27,661 bases of DNA, taken from the NCBI GenBank assembly GCA_043804515.1, contig JAZDIZ010000148.1:1-27661 (forward strand), written 5' to 3'. Both the position numbers and the translations under genes were made by a program. Origin of the DNA: Pseudomonadota bacterium (GTDB lineage Bacteria; Bdellovibrionota_G; JALEGL01; DATDPG01). How positions within the stretch are numbered: the first letter of the stretch is position 1; every line of letters begins with the position of its first letter. The notes under the pieces were generated by a model. The model did no database searches and was not told the DNA's origin. It saw only the letters and a program-made list of their open reading frames with translations. Shown here piece after piece: positions 15,925 to 24,521 of the stretch.

Positions 15925-16947
15925 TCAGCGACGGGCCACGGCTGAGCGTGTCGCGCGACCATTGCGCGACAGGGCCCGCAGTGCGGGTTTCACAATCTTG
16001 TAGCGCTCTTCTTCGGCGCCCAAGGTCAGCAACTTTTCGATCGTCCGATGGAGCCGGCTCTCCTTCGCGTCCCGCCGGAGATCCGCCAGAATCGCTTGGG
16101 GGCGGTGAGGAACCGCTTCGTTGAACAGCGAACCATCGGCGGTGAAGACCACCCTGGGTACGGCGCGCTCCGCCTCCACCTCCATTTTCGACAGGAACGC
16201 CACGTGGCCCACGCCGTCCGCAAATCGGAACGTGGGAACGGGATGCTCCGCCGTGAGGTCGTGAACCTGGATCAGGCGTTGATAGTCGTCGATCCGGCGC
16301 TTCGCCACCAACACCGGCAGCCCCAGCCGGGGGGAATGGAGGTCGGCGCCGTTCCCGTGCATCGGATGGTATTCCATGAATCGGAGGAGGAGCTTGTGTT
16401 CTTTCGTCATCCTCGCGAACTCCACGACTTCGTCCTCGTTGATCCCGTTCAGAAGGAAGACGTTCAGGCGGATGTCGGGAAAATTGAGTTTCTCCACTTT
16501 TTCGATCCCGTCCAAGACCCGGAACAAATCATCCCGTTTCGTGAGCGCCTGATACTTGGCGTAATTCAGGCTGTCGAAATTGATCTCGACCTTCCTCAGA
16601 CCCATCTTTCGGAGCCCGTCGGCATAGGTCTTCAGGTACGTGCCGTTCGTGGCGAGCCGCACGTCGGTGATGGCCTTGTGGGCGAACGCCGATTTGACGA
16701 AATTCGGGATGTCCTTCCGAAGAAGCGGCTCCCCGCCCGAAATGATGACGCGGGTGACGCCCAGCTCGCCCAGGATTTTTACCAGCTTGGACACGTCCGA
16801 GGCCTGGATCGGAGTTTTGGTCCGAACCAAGTCCCGAGCATGACCCAAAGCCTTGCAGTAAAAACATTCGAGGTTGCAGTCCCCCGTCACGGAGAGTCTC
16901 AGCGTCCGCGCTCTGGTCCGATCGGTGTCTTGAATTGTCGCCGACAT
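15925..16947 (-). CDS. Radical SAM protein, divergent MoaA homologue lacking auxiliary-cluster cysteines
   Basis: LRLSVTGDCNLECFYC (CxxxCxxC), SGGEPLLR, ATNG, INFDSL, RFMEYHP and FTADG are colinear with MoaA. There is no Cys after the first triad and no C-terminal GG. ATG 16947 follows GAGGAGG. Confidence 0.85.
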   Translation of the reverse strand: MSATIQDTDRTRARTLRLSVTGDCNLECFYCKALGHARDLVRTKTPIQASDVSKLVKILGELGVTRVIISGGEPLLRKDIPNFVKSAFAHKAITDVRLATNGTYLKTYADGLRKMGLRKVEINFDSLNYAKYQALTKRDDLFRVLDGIEKVEKLNFPDIRLNVFLLNGINEDEVVEFARMTKEHKLLLRFMEYHPMHGNGADLHSPRLGLPVLVAKRRIDDYQRLIQVHDLTAEHPVPTFRFADGVGHVAFLSKMEVEAERAVPRVVFTADGSLFNEAVPHRPQAILADLRRDAKESRLHRTIEKLLTLGAEEERYKIVKPALRALSRNGRATRSAVARR

Positions 16948-17080
16948 ATTCCTCCTCACAAGTCCAAGGATCGAAAAAACTCTCCGCCGCCGAGAACCGC
17001 CCGCTTAAAGGGAGTTGAAATGTCTTCCGGATTCACCTTAAATAACCATTACTTAGATCCAGCCCGCGCGACTGGGGGGA

Positions 17081-17110
17081 TCTATAGAGGAAGCGGGTTT
17101 CACTTGTCAA
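17081..17110 (-). promoter_or_regulatory. Possible sigma70 promoter for the radical SAM gene
   Basis: Minus strand TTGACA (17110-17105), 18-nt spacer, TATAGA (17086-17081). The -10 is imperfect. Confidence 0.35.
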
Positions 17111-17270
17111 TAGGCCCCCGCCTATTCGCCGGGAAATCGGCCCCGCATCGAGCCCGGCGAAGAGCGCCTTTTTTTGGGCTCATCCGGAATTTTCGTATTT
17201 TTTGTTCCCGCCCTCGGGCGCGCTCTCCCATGAATAATGCAGGTGAATCCTGTAAAGTGATTTCGCTCTC

Positions 17271-19724
17271 GTGAGAAAAATCGCCCTTCTTTTTGCCTTT
17301 CTCGTTTTACTCGCTCTCGGCGGTGCCGTGGGCTTCGTCGTACTTTCGTGGAACCTTCCTTCCGTCGCGTCCCTCCAACGATTCCGCCCGCCGGTTTCCA
17401 GCGAGGTGTTCAGTGACGAATACGTCAAGATCGGCGAGTTCTTCCGGGAGCGGCGCATTTATGTTCCGCTTCACGACGCGGCGCCGTTTCTCGTGAAGGC
17501 CTTCGTCGCCGCCGAGGACGCCGAGTTCTTCGAGCACAAGGGGGTTTCGCCCACGGGCATCTTCCGCGCCTTCGTGAAGAACATGGCGGCCGGCCAGGTG
17601 AGACAGGGGGGGAGCACGATCACGCAACAGGTAGCCAAGGCGCTGCTGTTGACGCCCGAGAGGAGTTTCGTCCGCAAAGCCCGCGAAGTCTTGCTGGCCC
17701 TCAAGATGGAGAAATTTCTCACGAAGGAGCAGATCCTCGAGATTTATTTGAACCAGGTCTATCTGGGCTCCGGAGCTTACGGCATCCAGGCGGCCGCGCA
17801 GACCTACTTCGACAAGGACGTCGCCGGACTCACGCCGAGCGAGATGGCCCTTTTGGCGGGCCTGACAAAGGCCCCCAGCCGGGACAGCCCGTTCTCCGAC
17901 TTCGAGAAGGCCTTAGGAAGGCGCAACTACGTTCTCAAGCGAATGCTGGAAGAGGGATACATCACCCAACAACAGCATGACGAGGCGGTGCGGGAACCGC
18001 CCTCCATGGCCAAGGACGCGGACATGAACCTGAAGTTCGCGCCGTACCTCGTGGAGTACGTCCGCCGGCACGTCACCGAGAAGTACGGCGAGGACCTGGT
18101 CCTGGCCGGAGGCTTGCAGATTTACACCACCGCGCGCGTGCGGGACTCCTTGGCCGCCGCCCGCGCCGTGCGGGCCGGGTTGGAGGAGCTGGACCGCCAC
18201 CAGGGGTACCGGGGCGCGCCGGAGCGTGTGGGGGAGAAAGAGCGCGCGGCTTTTCTCGCCAAACTCCGTAAGGACCAACCGGAGCCTCCCAAGGAACGCG
18301 ATGCGGTGTTGAAAGGCCTGGTGACCGAGGTTCGGGACAAGGACGGGTGGACGTTCGTGGATCTGGGATTCGGCTCCGGCGCGATTTCATTCGAGACCAT
18401 GCGCTGGGCTCGAAAGCCGGATTTCGAGCGTTATTGGGAGAACGCTCTCATCACCCGGCCCTCTCAAGCGTTCAAGAGCGGCGACGTCGTCTCGGTGCGA
18501 CTGGAGCAGGCGGACGAGAAGCCGCAAAAATCGCCACCCAAGGGGACCCGGATCGTCTTTCTCTTCCAGGAGCCCCTGGTTCAGGCGGCGTTGGTTTCCA
18601 TCGATCCCGCCGACGGGGCGATCCGCGCCATGGTGGGCGGCTATGATTTTCAGAAGAGTGAATTCAACCGCGCCGTTCAGGCCAAGCGCCAGCCCGGTTC
18701 AGCTTTCAAGCCGATCATTTATTCCGCCGCGCTCGACAACGGATTCACGCCCTCGCGCGTGATCGTGGATTCCCCCATCGTATATGACGACCCCACTCGC
18801 GCTTCCAGCTGGAAGCCCAAAAATTTCGAAGGGGATTTCGCCGGGGACACGATTTTTCGGGATTGCCTGATCAAGTCACGAAACGTGCCGACCGTGAAGA
18901 TCCTGCAGGAGATCGGGATCGACGCCGCCATCAATTACGCCCACAAGTTCGGGATCACTTCGGAACTCGCCAAGGATTATTCGCTGGCATTGGGTTCTTC
19001 CGCCGTGGTTCCCCTCGACCTGGTGACGGCATACGCCGTGTTCGCAACGGGCGGACGGCGCGTTACGCCGGTCGCCATACGGAAGATCGTGGATCGGGAG
19101 GGGAACGTCCTGGAGAGAAACCTCCCCGAGGACCCGGCTCTGGGTATCGGCGATCAGGTCACCTCGCGCATTCGCGAATTGGCGGAAAACAAACTGGCCC
19201 AGGAGGCGGTGGCCGTGGGAAAGGATCCGAAGGCCCAGCTTCCGGACGGCTACGTCCTCAGCCCCCAGACCGCGTTTTTGATGACGCATCTCCTCAAAGA
19301 GGTGATCCGCGTCGGAACCGGCGCCCGGGCCGCCGCGATCAACCGGCCGGCCGCCGGAAAGACGGGCACGACGAACGAGAATTACGACGCCTGGTTCCTG
19401 GGCTTCACGCCGGATTTGCTGGCCGGCGTGTGGGTGGGATTCGATCAGGCCTCGTCGCTGGGCGTCCGTGAGATGGGCGGAGCTTCGGCAAGTCCCATTT
19501 GGCTGGCATATATGCTGGAGGCGCTCAAAGGAAAGCCCGTTCTGGACTTTTCCGTCCCCGCCGGCGTGGTGTTCGCTCAGATCGACCCCAAGACCGGCAA
19601 GCTCGCAACGTCCAAAATCAGAAACCCGATCTTCGAGGCGTTCCGCGAGGGCACGGAGCCGAAAGAGACCGCCGACGAAGCCCAGAAGAAAAAGAGCCAG
19701 CAGAACTTCTTTTTGAACGAATAG
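17271..19724 (+). CDS. mrcA: Penicillin-binding protein 1A (class A transglycosylase/transpeptidase)
   Basis: N-terminal TM anchor; GT51 motifs EDAEFFEHKG, QGGSTITQQVAK and RKAREV; insert between the domains; transpeptidase motifs SAFK, SRN and KTGTT. Confidence 0.95.
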   Translation: MRKIALLFAFLVLLALGGAVGFVVLSWNLPSVASLQRFRPPVSSEVFSDEYVKIGEFFRERRIYVPLHDAAPFLVKAFVAAEDAEFFEHKGVSPTGIFRAFVKNMAAGQVRQGGSTITQQVAKALLLTPERSFVRKAREVLLALKMEKFLTKEQILEIYLNQVYLGSGAYGIQAAAQTYFDKDVAGLTPSEMALLAGLTKAPSRDSPFSDFEKALGRRNYVLKRMLEEGYITQQQHDEAVREPPSMAKDADMNLKFAPYLVEYVRRHVTEKYGEDLVLAGGLQIYTTARVRDSLAAARAVRAGLEELDRHQGYRGAPERVGEKERAAFLAKLRKDQPEPPKERDAVLKGLVTEVRDKDGWTFVDLGFGSGAISFETMRWARKPDFERYWENALITRPSQAFKSGDVVSVRLEQADEKPQKSPPKGTRIVFLFQEPLVQAALVSIDPADGAIRAMVGGYDFQKSEFNRAVQAKRQPGSAFKPIIYSAALDNGFTPSRVIVDSPIVYDDPTRASSWKPKNFEGDFAGDTIFRDCLIKSRNVPTVKILQEIGIDAAINYAHKFGITSELAKDYSLALGSSAVVPLDLVTAYAVFATGGRRVTPVAIRKIVDREGNVLERNLPEDPALGIGDQVTSRIRELAENKLAQEAVAVGKDPKAQLPDGYVLSPQTAFLMTHLLKEVIRVGTGARAAAINRPAAGKTGTTNENYDAWFLGFTPDLLAGVWVGFDQASSLGVREMGGASASPIWLAYMLEALKGKPVLDFSVPAGVVFAQIDPKTGKLATSKIRNPIFEAFREGTEPKETADEAQKKKSQQNFFLNE

Positions 19725-19733
19725 AGGTAATAG

Positions 19734-20249
19734 GTGCCCATGGCAATCACTCCCTTCGAGGAAATCTTCCAGAGTCTTAACGATCGGCACGTAAAATACG
19801 TTGTCGTTGGTGGGCTGGCGGTTGTTCTTCACGGGCATCTTCGCGCAACGGCCGACATCGATCTTGTCCTCGCTTTGAATCATCAAAACGTTTTGGATGC
19901 CGTAGCGGCCCTGAAATCCCTGGGCTACCGACCCCGCCCCCCTGTGCCGTTCGAAGACTTCGCCGATGCCGAAAAACGGTCCTTGTGGATCAGAGAGAAA
20001 GGGTTGACCGTTTTCTCAACATACAGTCCGCGATACCCGGGAATTGAAGTCGACTTGTTTGTTGAAGAACCTTTTGATTTTGCGGCTGTTTACTCAAGGG
20101 CCTCCCGGATCTCGCTTGAGAAGGTCGTCGTCACGGTTGCCTCCTTGGATGATCTGATCGAGATGAAGAAGAAGGTGGGGCGTCCGGTCGATTTGGCGGA
20201 CGTGAGCGTGCTGGAAGCCATTCGGGCCGAGAGAAAGAAAGCAAAATGA
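19734..20249 (+). CDS. Pol-beta-superfamily nucleotidyltransferase (DUF6036/AbiEii-like)
   Basis: VVGGLAVVLHGHLRATADIDL (GG...DxD), VDLF, and C-terminal LIEMKKKVGRPVDLADV. GTG 19734 or ATG 19740 start. Confidence 0.8.
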   Translation: MPMAITPFEEIFQSLNDRHVKYVVVGGLAVVLHGHLRATADIDLVLALNHQNVLDAVAALKSLGYRPRPPVPFEDFADAEKRSLWIREKGLTVFSTYSPRYPGIEVDLFVEEPFDFAAVYSRASRISLEKVVVTVASLDDLIEMKKKVGRPVDLADVSVLEAIRAERKKAK

Positions 20250-20404
20250 AGAAAGCCGCATGGGATAGGGGATTTGAGGGAGTGCGGAAACGGCAAGCTC
20301 TCTTGGGATTGGAGCTTTCGCCGGCAGAGCGCCTGGCTTGGCTTCATCAGATGATTCAGGTTTTTTTGAAGGCCAAACAATCTGCCAAAACAACTGTTCG
20401 ATAA
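20246..20404 (+). CDS. 52-aa protein coupled to the nucleotidyltransferase (putative antitoxin/partner), absent from the ORF track
   Basis: ATGA overlap with the upstream stop. Translates as MKKAAWDRGFEGVRKRQALLGLELSPAERLAWLHQMIQVFLKAKQSAKTTVR, stop TAA at 20402-20404. Confidence 0.7.
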   Translation: MKKAAWDRGFEGVRKRQALLGLELSPAERLAWLHQMIQVFLKAKQSAKTTVR

Positions 20405-20426
20405 ACCAGATCCAAGCGACCACGCT

Positions 20427-20491
20427 GTCGCGCCCCTCCGTCTTCTTTTCTATAAGCGGAGGTGCTCTTTCGCCCCTCGTCGGGCGACAGC
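20427..20491. repeat. 65-bp structured direct repeat, copy 1
   Basis: 64/65 identical to 21966..22030. Contains CCTCCG/CGGAGG and TCGCCC/GGGCGA hairpins and GTCGC...GCGAC ends. Confidence 0.9.
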
Positions 20492-20572
20492 CTCCATACC
20501 CAGCGCGGCGGGATGCTCCGCGGCAGCACGGAGTGTTTTAGTCTATGCCGGCTAAATCTTCTTCGAAGTTGG

Positions 20573-21880
20573 TTAACGCCTCGGCTGTGCCGGCGCGCAC
20601 AAAGCTGCCCCAAATTGCGCGCCTAGGCGATGGTTAAGCGCGCCATTTAACCCTAGCTTAAGCGCCTTCCGGGCCATGGGAGAAGCGTGCTTAATCAGCC
20701 AATCGGCGCGTCGCAAATCAAAGAACCCGGATTCAATCGTAATCCCGGGTGGCGTGTGCTTATCTCGATCCCAATCTGACCTTCCGCTTGCTCGCGGCAC
20801 AAATTGATAAGCAAAATTTTTGTAGATCAATCCGACAAGTTGTTCGGCGTCGGCGATCACGTCGGCCGAATACCCAAGCTTTCGTAACGTGCATCCCGCA
20901 TTTGCGCCCGAGACCGCATGGTAACTGCGCTCAGGGTCCGGCAATTGAAGTCCAAAGACCGTTGGATGCTGCGTGTACATGAATGCTTCCCTTGGAAGTA
21001 ATGTTCCAGGTCCGCCATCCGCCAGGGGCTCGAAAAGCTCTTCCGCCAATTGTGCATATCGGTCATGTTGGCGCTGCGCGAGCAGTCGAACGCCGAAATT
21101 TGGGACGCTGTATTTTACATCGACAAACAAGCCTAAGACCCGCAGGTAGAGTTCCGACTGATCCGGAGTGAGGTGGGCTTGAGGCTGCAGTCCTTGGCTC
21201 ATCAACAGAGCCGTCCACGGATCTTGATTCAGTGCCTGAGCGTTGGACCCGATGTACGACAGAAAACGTTTAATCATCGGATCGGTTTCAGGATGACGAA
21301 GGAGGAAGTCTTCAACATGGCCTTGGCCACCCGTATAACTCCCAAAATCAGCAGGCCCCATGCGACGAATATCGGAAATCGACGTGACGTCGCGAGCAAG
21401 CGCAAGACAATTGGTGTGATTTTTTAGAACGGTGGATGCGGAACATCTTTGGAGGAATTCGATATAAAAAGGAGTTGAGTTGAAGGAAAACGAACCTGGC
21501 TGGGTGAAATAGTAGCTCCCCGAAGCGGCAGCCTGACAATCGAGTGCGAGGCGGTCCCTATACCAACCAAATCTCGCGAACTTTTCCGAATCCAAATTCA
21601 GGTGCTGCAACACCTCGATCGTTTTCTTGGGTGAGTCGTCTATTCCCCGAAGCCACCCGGAGATCTCCTCTGAAGATGCTTGCGGAGCCAGTTGATTTTG
21701 GAGGACGAAGGCCCTGGATCCCTCATACAGACACTGTCGTAAATCAGCCCTGTCCTTCGCGTATGAACTAGAAAACAGGAGAAGCGCGAACCCAAACATC
21801 AGCAAACATTTTTGTACTGCCGAATACACGGAGGTTTGAACAGCAACATATATGCCACGACCCTCCGAGAACAAAGGCAA
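20573..21880 (-). CDS. Orphan secreted protein, visibly more AT-rich than its neighbours
   Basis: 435-aa ORF with signal-like segment MFGFALLLFSSSYA (true start probably downstream of TTG 21880). No family recognised. Confidence 0.75.
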   Translation of the reverse strand: MPLFSEGRGIYVAVQTSVYSAVQKCLLMFGFALLLFSSSYAKDRADLRQCLYEGSRAFVLQNQLAPQASSEEISGWLRGIDDSPKKTIEVLQHLNLDSEKFARFGWYRDRLALDCQAAASGSYYFTQPGSFSFNSTPFYIEFLQRCSASTVLKNHTNCLALARDVTSISDIRRMGPADFGSYTGGQGHVEDFLLRHPETDPMIKRFLSYIGSNAQALNQDPWTALLMSQGLQPQAHLTPDQSELYLRVLGLFVDVKYSVPNFGVRLLAQRQHDRYAQLAEELFEPLADGGPGTLLPREAFMYTQHPTVFGLQLPDPERSYHAVSGANAGCTLRKLGYSADVIADAEQLVGLIYKNFAYQFVPRASGRSDWDRDKHTPPGITIESGFFDLRRADWLIKHASPMARKALKLGLNGALNHRLGAQFGAALCAPAQPRR

Positions 21881-21965
21881 TAATATTAAGACCTTGCGAC
21901 TTCGGCGCCCTGCGATTTTGCGGAGGTCGGGGAACGCGCATGAGACATGCTCGCCCGCAGTCTCG

Positions 21966-22030
21966 GTCGCGCCCCTCCGTCTTCTTTTCTATAAGCGGAG
22001 GTGCCCTTTCGCCCCTCGTCGGGCGACAGC
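21966..22030. repeat. 65-bp structured direct repeat, copy 2
   Basis: Single T/C difference from copy 1. Confidence 0.9.
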
Positions 22031-22094
22031 TCCTGCGCCCAAAACGTGACCCTTCTTTTGTTGTTTAAGGAGGAAAAAAGTCTGCCCTCGCGAC

Positions 22095-22236
22095 GGCGGG
22101 GTGGGCCGGTGCCGGAGCGGAGGTTCAGCGCAGGATCGCCATGGGGGGACACCCTTAAGGGTGTCCCCAATCCATCCGTGGGTGTCCCTCTTGATGCGAT
22201 CCGCGCCCCGGAGCGCAGGCAACGGACCACCCCGCC
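22095..22236. repeat. Nested palindromic (REPIN/MITE-like) element
   Basis: Outer arms GGCGGGGTGG (22095-22104) and CCACCCCGCC (22227-22236); inner GGATCGC/GCGATCC; central perfect palindrome GGGGACACCCTTAAGGGTGTCCCC (22145-22168). Confidence 0.75.
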
Positions 22237-22246
22237 TTTTCACAAG

Positions 22247-23356
22247 TTATTTCTTCTTCTTGACGCGGCCGAACAGACCTTTTCTTTGATCGTGGACCCC
22301 TTCGCCCGACTCGGCGGCGAATGCGCGAAGGAGCTCCTCTTGGTGGTGCGTCAGCCGCTTCGGAATTTCCACCTTGATCTCCACGTAATGATTTCCTCTT
22401 CCGCCCCGGCGCAGGTGCGGGATCCCTTTCTCCTTGAGCGTCAGGACGTCGCCGTTCTGCGTGGCACGCGGGATTTCGATCGATTGCGGCCCGTCGATCG
22501 TTTCGACCTGCGTCGTCGCCCCCAGAGTCGCCTGGACCATGCCGACGGATAGCGCGGAGAACAGGTGCTCCCCGTCCCGGCGGAACCGCGGGTCCTCCTC
22601 CACCAAAAGCTCCGCGTAGAGGTCCCCGGCGGAGCCCCCGCGGTAGCCTCCGTCCCCTTCCCCCGCAAGCCTCACCCTCACGCCCTGGTCCACGCCGGCC
22701 GGAATTTTGACTTCAATCTTTTTTCGCTCCGCGAACCTTCCCCTTCCCTCGCAGGAGGCGCACGGTTTTGCAAAGTACTGCCCCGTGCCTTGGCACCGGG
22801 GGCACGTGGTGGCCACGGAGAAGAACCCCTGGAGGTGCTCAACCTGCCCGCGCCCGCCGCAGGTGGGACATGTCCGAACTTCCGATCCCGGCTCGGCGCC
22901 CGCCCCGCCGCATTTCGGGCAGTTCACCTCGTGCTCGATGTCGATCTGGCGGGAGCATCCGAACGCGGCGTCGTGAAACGAAATCCGAAGGCGCGTGATG
23001 AGGTCGTCCCCGTGCCTCGGGCCCCCTGGCCGTCCGCGGGTACGCCCGCCGAAGCCGAAAAACGTGTCGAAAAGATCGCCAAAACTGGAGAAAATGTCCT
23101 CCACGCCCGAAAAACCGTGGAATCCGCGCCCCTCGAGCCCGGCGTGCCCGTATCGATCGTAGATCTGCCGTTTGTCCGCATCGTGGAGGACCTCGTAGGC
23201 CTCCGCGGCTTCCTTGAATTTCTCCTCCGCCGCTTTGTCGTTCGGATTCAGGTCCGGATGGTATTTTTTCGCGAGCTGGCGGTAGGCCCGCTTGATCTCC
23301 TCGTCCCCCGCCGTCCGGAAGATGGACAAGATTTCGTAATAGTCGCGCTTTGTCAC
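22247..23356 (-). CDS. dnaJ: Chaperone DnaJ (class A)
   Basis: J-domain with HPD, G/F-rich region, four CxxCxGxG repeats, and C-terminal KIPAGVD and GDLY motifs. Confidence 0.97.
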   Translation of the reverse strand: MTKRDYYEILSIFRTAGDEEIKRAYRQLAKKYHPDLNPNDKAAEEKFKEAAEAYEVLHDADKRQIYDRYGHAGLEGRGFHGFSGVEDIFSSFGDLFDTFFGFGGRTRGRPGGPRHGDDLITRLRISFHDAAFGCSRQIDIEHEVNCPKCGGAGAEPGSEVRTCPTCGGRGQVEHLQGFFSVATTCPRCQGTGQYFAKPCASCEGRGRFAERKKIEVKIPAGVDQGVRVRLAGEGDGGYRGGSAGDLYAELLVEEDPRFRRDGEHLFSALSVGMVQATLGATTQVETIDGPQSIEIPRATQNGDVLTLKEKGIPHLRRGGRGNHYVEIKVEIPKRLTHHQEELLRAFAAESGEGVHDQRKGLFGRVKKKK

Positions 23357-23373
23357 AGCTGCGGGGAACCGTC

Positions 23374-23398
23374 GGGGACACCCTCAAAGGGTGTCCCC
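23374..23398. repeat. REP-like palindrome, second copy
   Basis: GGGGACACCCT-CAA-AGGGTGTCCCC has the same arms as 22145..22168 and sits in the atpE-dnaJ intergenic gap. Confidence 0.8.
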
Positions 23399-23415
23399 TT
23401 TGTCCCCATTAATCC

Positions 23416-23745
23416 TCAGATTTTGCCGTTCAGCGCCAGCGAGACGATCCAAGTGTAGAGCACCAACGATTCGATCAGCGCCAGGCCCACGATCATGGGA
23501 ACGAAAATCTTCCCGGAGGCGCCGGGGTTGCGCGAAATACCGGTCACGGCCGCCGAAATGGCGATTCCCTGTCCGATGGCTCCTCCGATTGTCGCTAGCG
23601 CGATGCCGAAACCGGATGCGATCGCCAGGGCCTTTTTCACTTCGTCCCCCAGGACGGCCTTCGCCCCCTCCTGCGCGAACGCTACCGTCGCAGCCGTCGC
23701 CACGAACGCGAACACCGTGATTTGAATCCAGGTCTTACGTTTCAT
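23416..23745 (-). CDS. atpE: ATP synthase Fo subunit c with N-terminal signal-like extension
   Basis: GxxxGxG helix, RNP loop and LALIESLVLY with the essential Glu. ATG 23745 follows AAGGAG. Confidence 0.95.
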   Translation of the reverse strand: MKRKTWIQITVFAFVATAATVAFAQEGAKAVLGDEVKKALAIASGFGIALATIGGAIGQGIAISAAVTGISRNPGASGKIFVPMIVGLALIESLVLYTWIVSLALNGKI

Positions 23746-23764
23746 GTTTCTTGCTCCTTTTTCC

Positions 23765-24517
23765 TTAATGCTCCGAGGCAACTGCCCCCGATATATACAC
23801 GGTCGTAAGCAGCGTAAAAATAAACGCCTGCATGAACGACACGAAAACTCCCAAAATCATGAACAGGATCGGAATCACCCACGGCACGAGGTGGGAGAAG
23901 ATGCTGATGACCTCGTGGTCGGCCAGCATGTTGGCGTAAAGACGAATGGAGAGCGTCATGGGCCGAAACACGGTACTCATGATTTCGATCACGCCGAAGA
24001 GCGCCTGCAGGAGGCAGATCGGAAGCAGGAGGAGGATGAAGCTCACCACGCTTTTCATGGGTCCCGGCGAAATCGGCGCCATGAAGTGTTTCAGGTATTT
24101 CACGCCGTGTTCGCGAAAGCCGAAGTAGTTGAACGCCAGGAACGAGATCGTGGCCACCGCCGCGCCCGTGACCCAGTTCCCCGTGGCCGAAAGAAACCCG
24201 GGCACCAGGCCGATCAGGTTGGATATGAAGATGAAAAAGAAAATCGATCCGATGAACGGAAAGTACTTCCGGCCGTCCGGGCCGATGATCTCCTCGCAGA
24301 GGCCCACGAGCATCTCGAGAAAAATCTCCAGTAACGAAAGAGGCGTGATTCTTCCGTCCGGCACAACGCATGCGCGCGCCTTTTTCAGGCGGGGATAGAC
24401 CAGCACCGATCCGGCCGCCAGGAGAAAAACGACGAACGCCGCCGTGACCACGTGCAGGTTGTCGTGCGTAACCCCGGGAACGTAGCGCTCGAAGAATGTG
24501 AACGGGACCTTCTCCAT
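23765..24517 (-). CDS. atpB: ATP synthase Fo subunit a
   Basis: SNLIGLVPGF, RPMTLSIRLYANM (essential Arg) and MQAFIFTLLTTVY. Confidence 0.97.
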   Translation of the reverse strand: MEKVPFTFFERYVPGVTHDNLHVVTAAFVVFLLAAGSVLVYPRLKKARACVVPDGRITPLSLLEIFLEMLVGLCEEIIGPDGRKYFPFIGSIFFFIFISNLIGLVPGFLSATGNWVTGAAVATISFLAFNYFGFREHGVKYLKHFMAPISPGPMKSVVSFILLLLPICLLQALFGVIEIMSTVFRPMTLSIRLYANMLADHEVISIFSHLVPWVIPILFMILGVFVSFMQAFIFTLLTTVYISGAVASEH

Positions 24518-24521
24518 CGGA

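Noticed and set aside
15925..16947. Assigning the symbol moaA
   Set aside because: Residues essential for GTP 3',8-cyclase activity are missing.
17125..17175. TTCGCCGGG/CCCGGCGAA stem with nearby T-run between divergent genes
   Set aside because: It has a 19-nt loop, the T-run is 7 nt away from the stem, and no gene ends here; not enough support for a terminator or RNA.
20427..22030. 65-bp repeats as CRISPR, attC or hammerhead ribozyme
   Set aside because: There are only two copies 1.5 kb apart and no cas genes. There are no RYYYAAC/GTTRRRY ends. Minus-strand CCGACGA...GAAA lacks the CUGA core, a proper stem II and the UH cleavage site.
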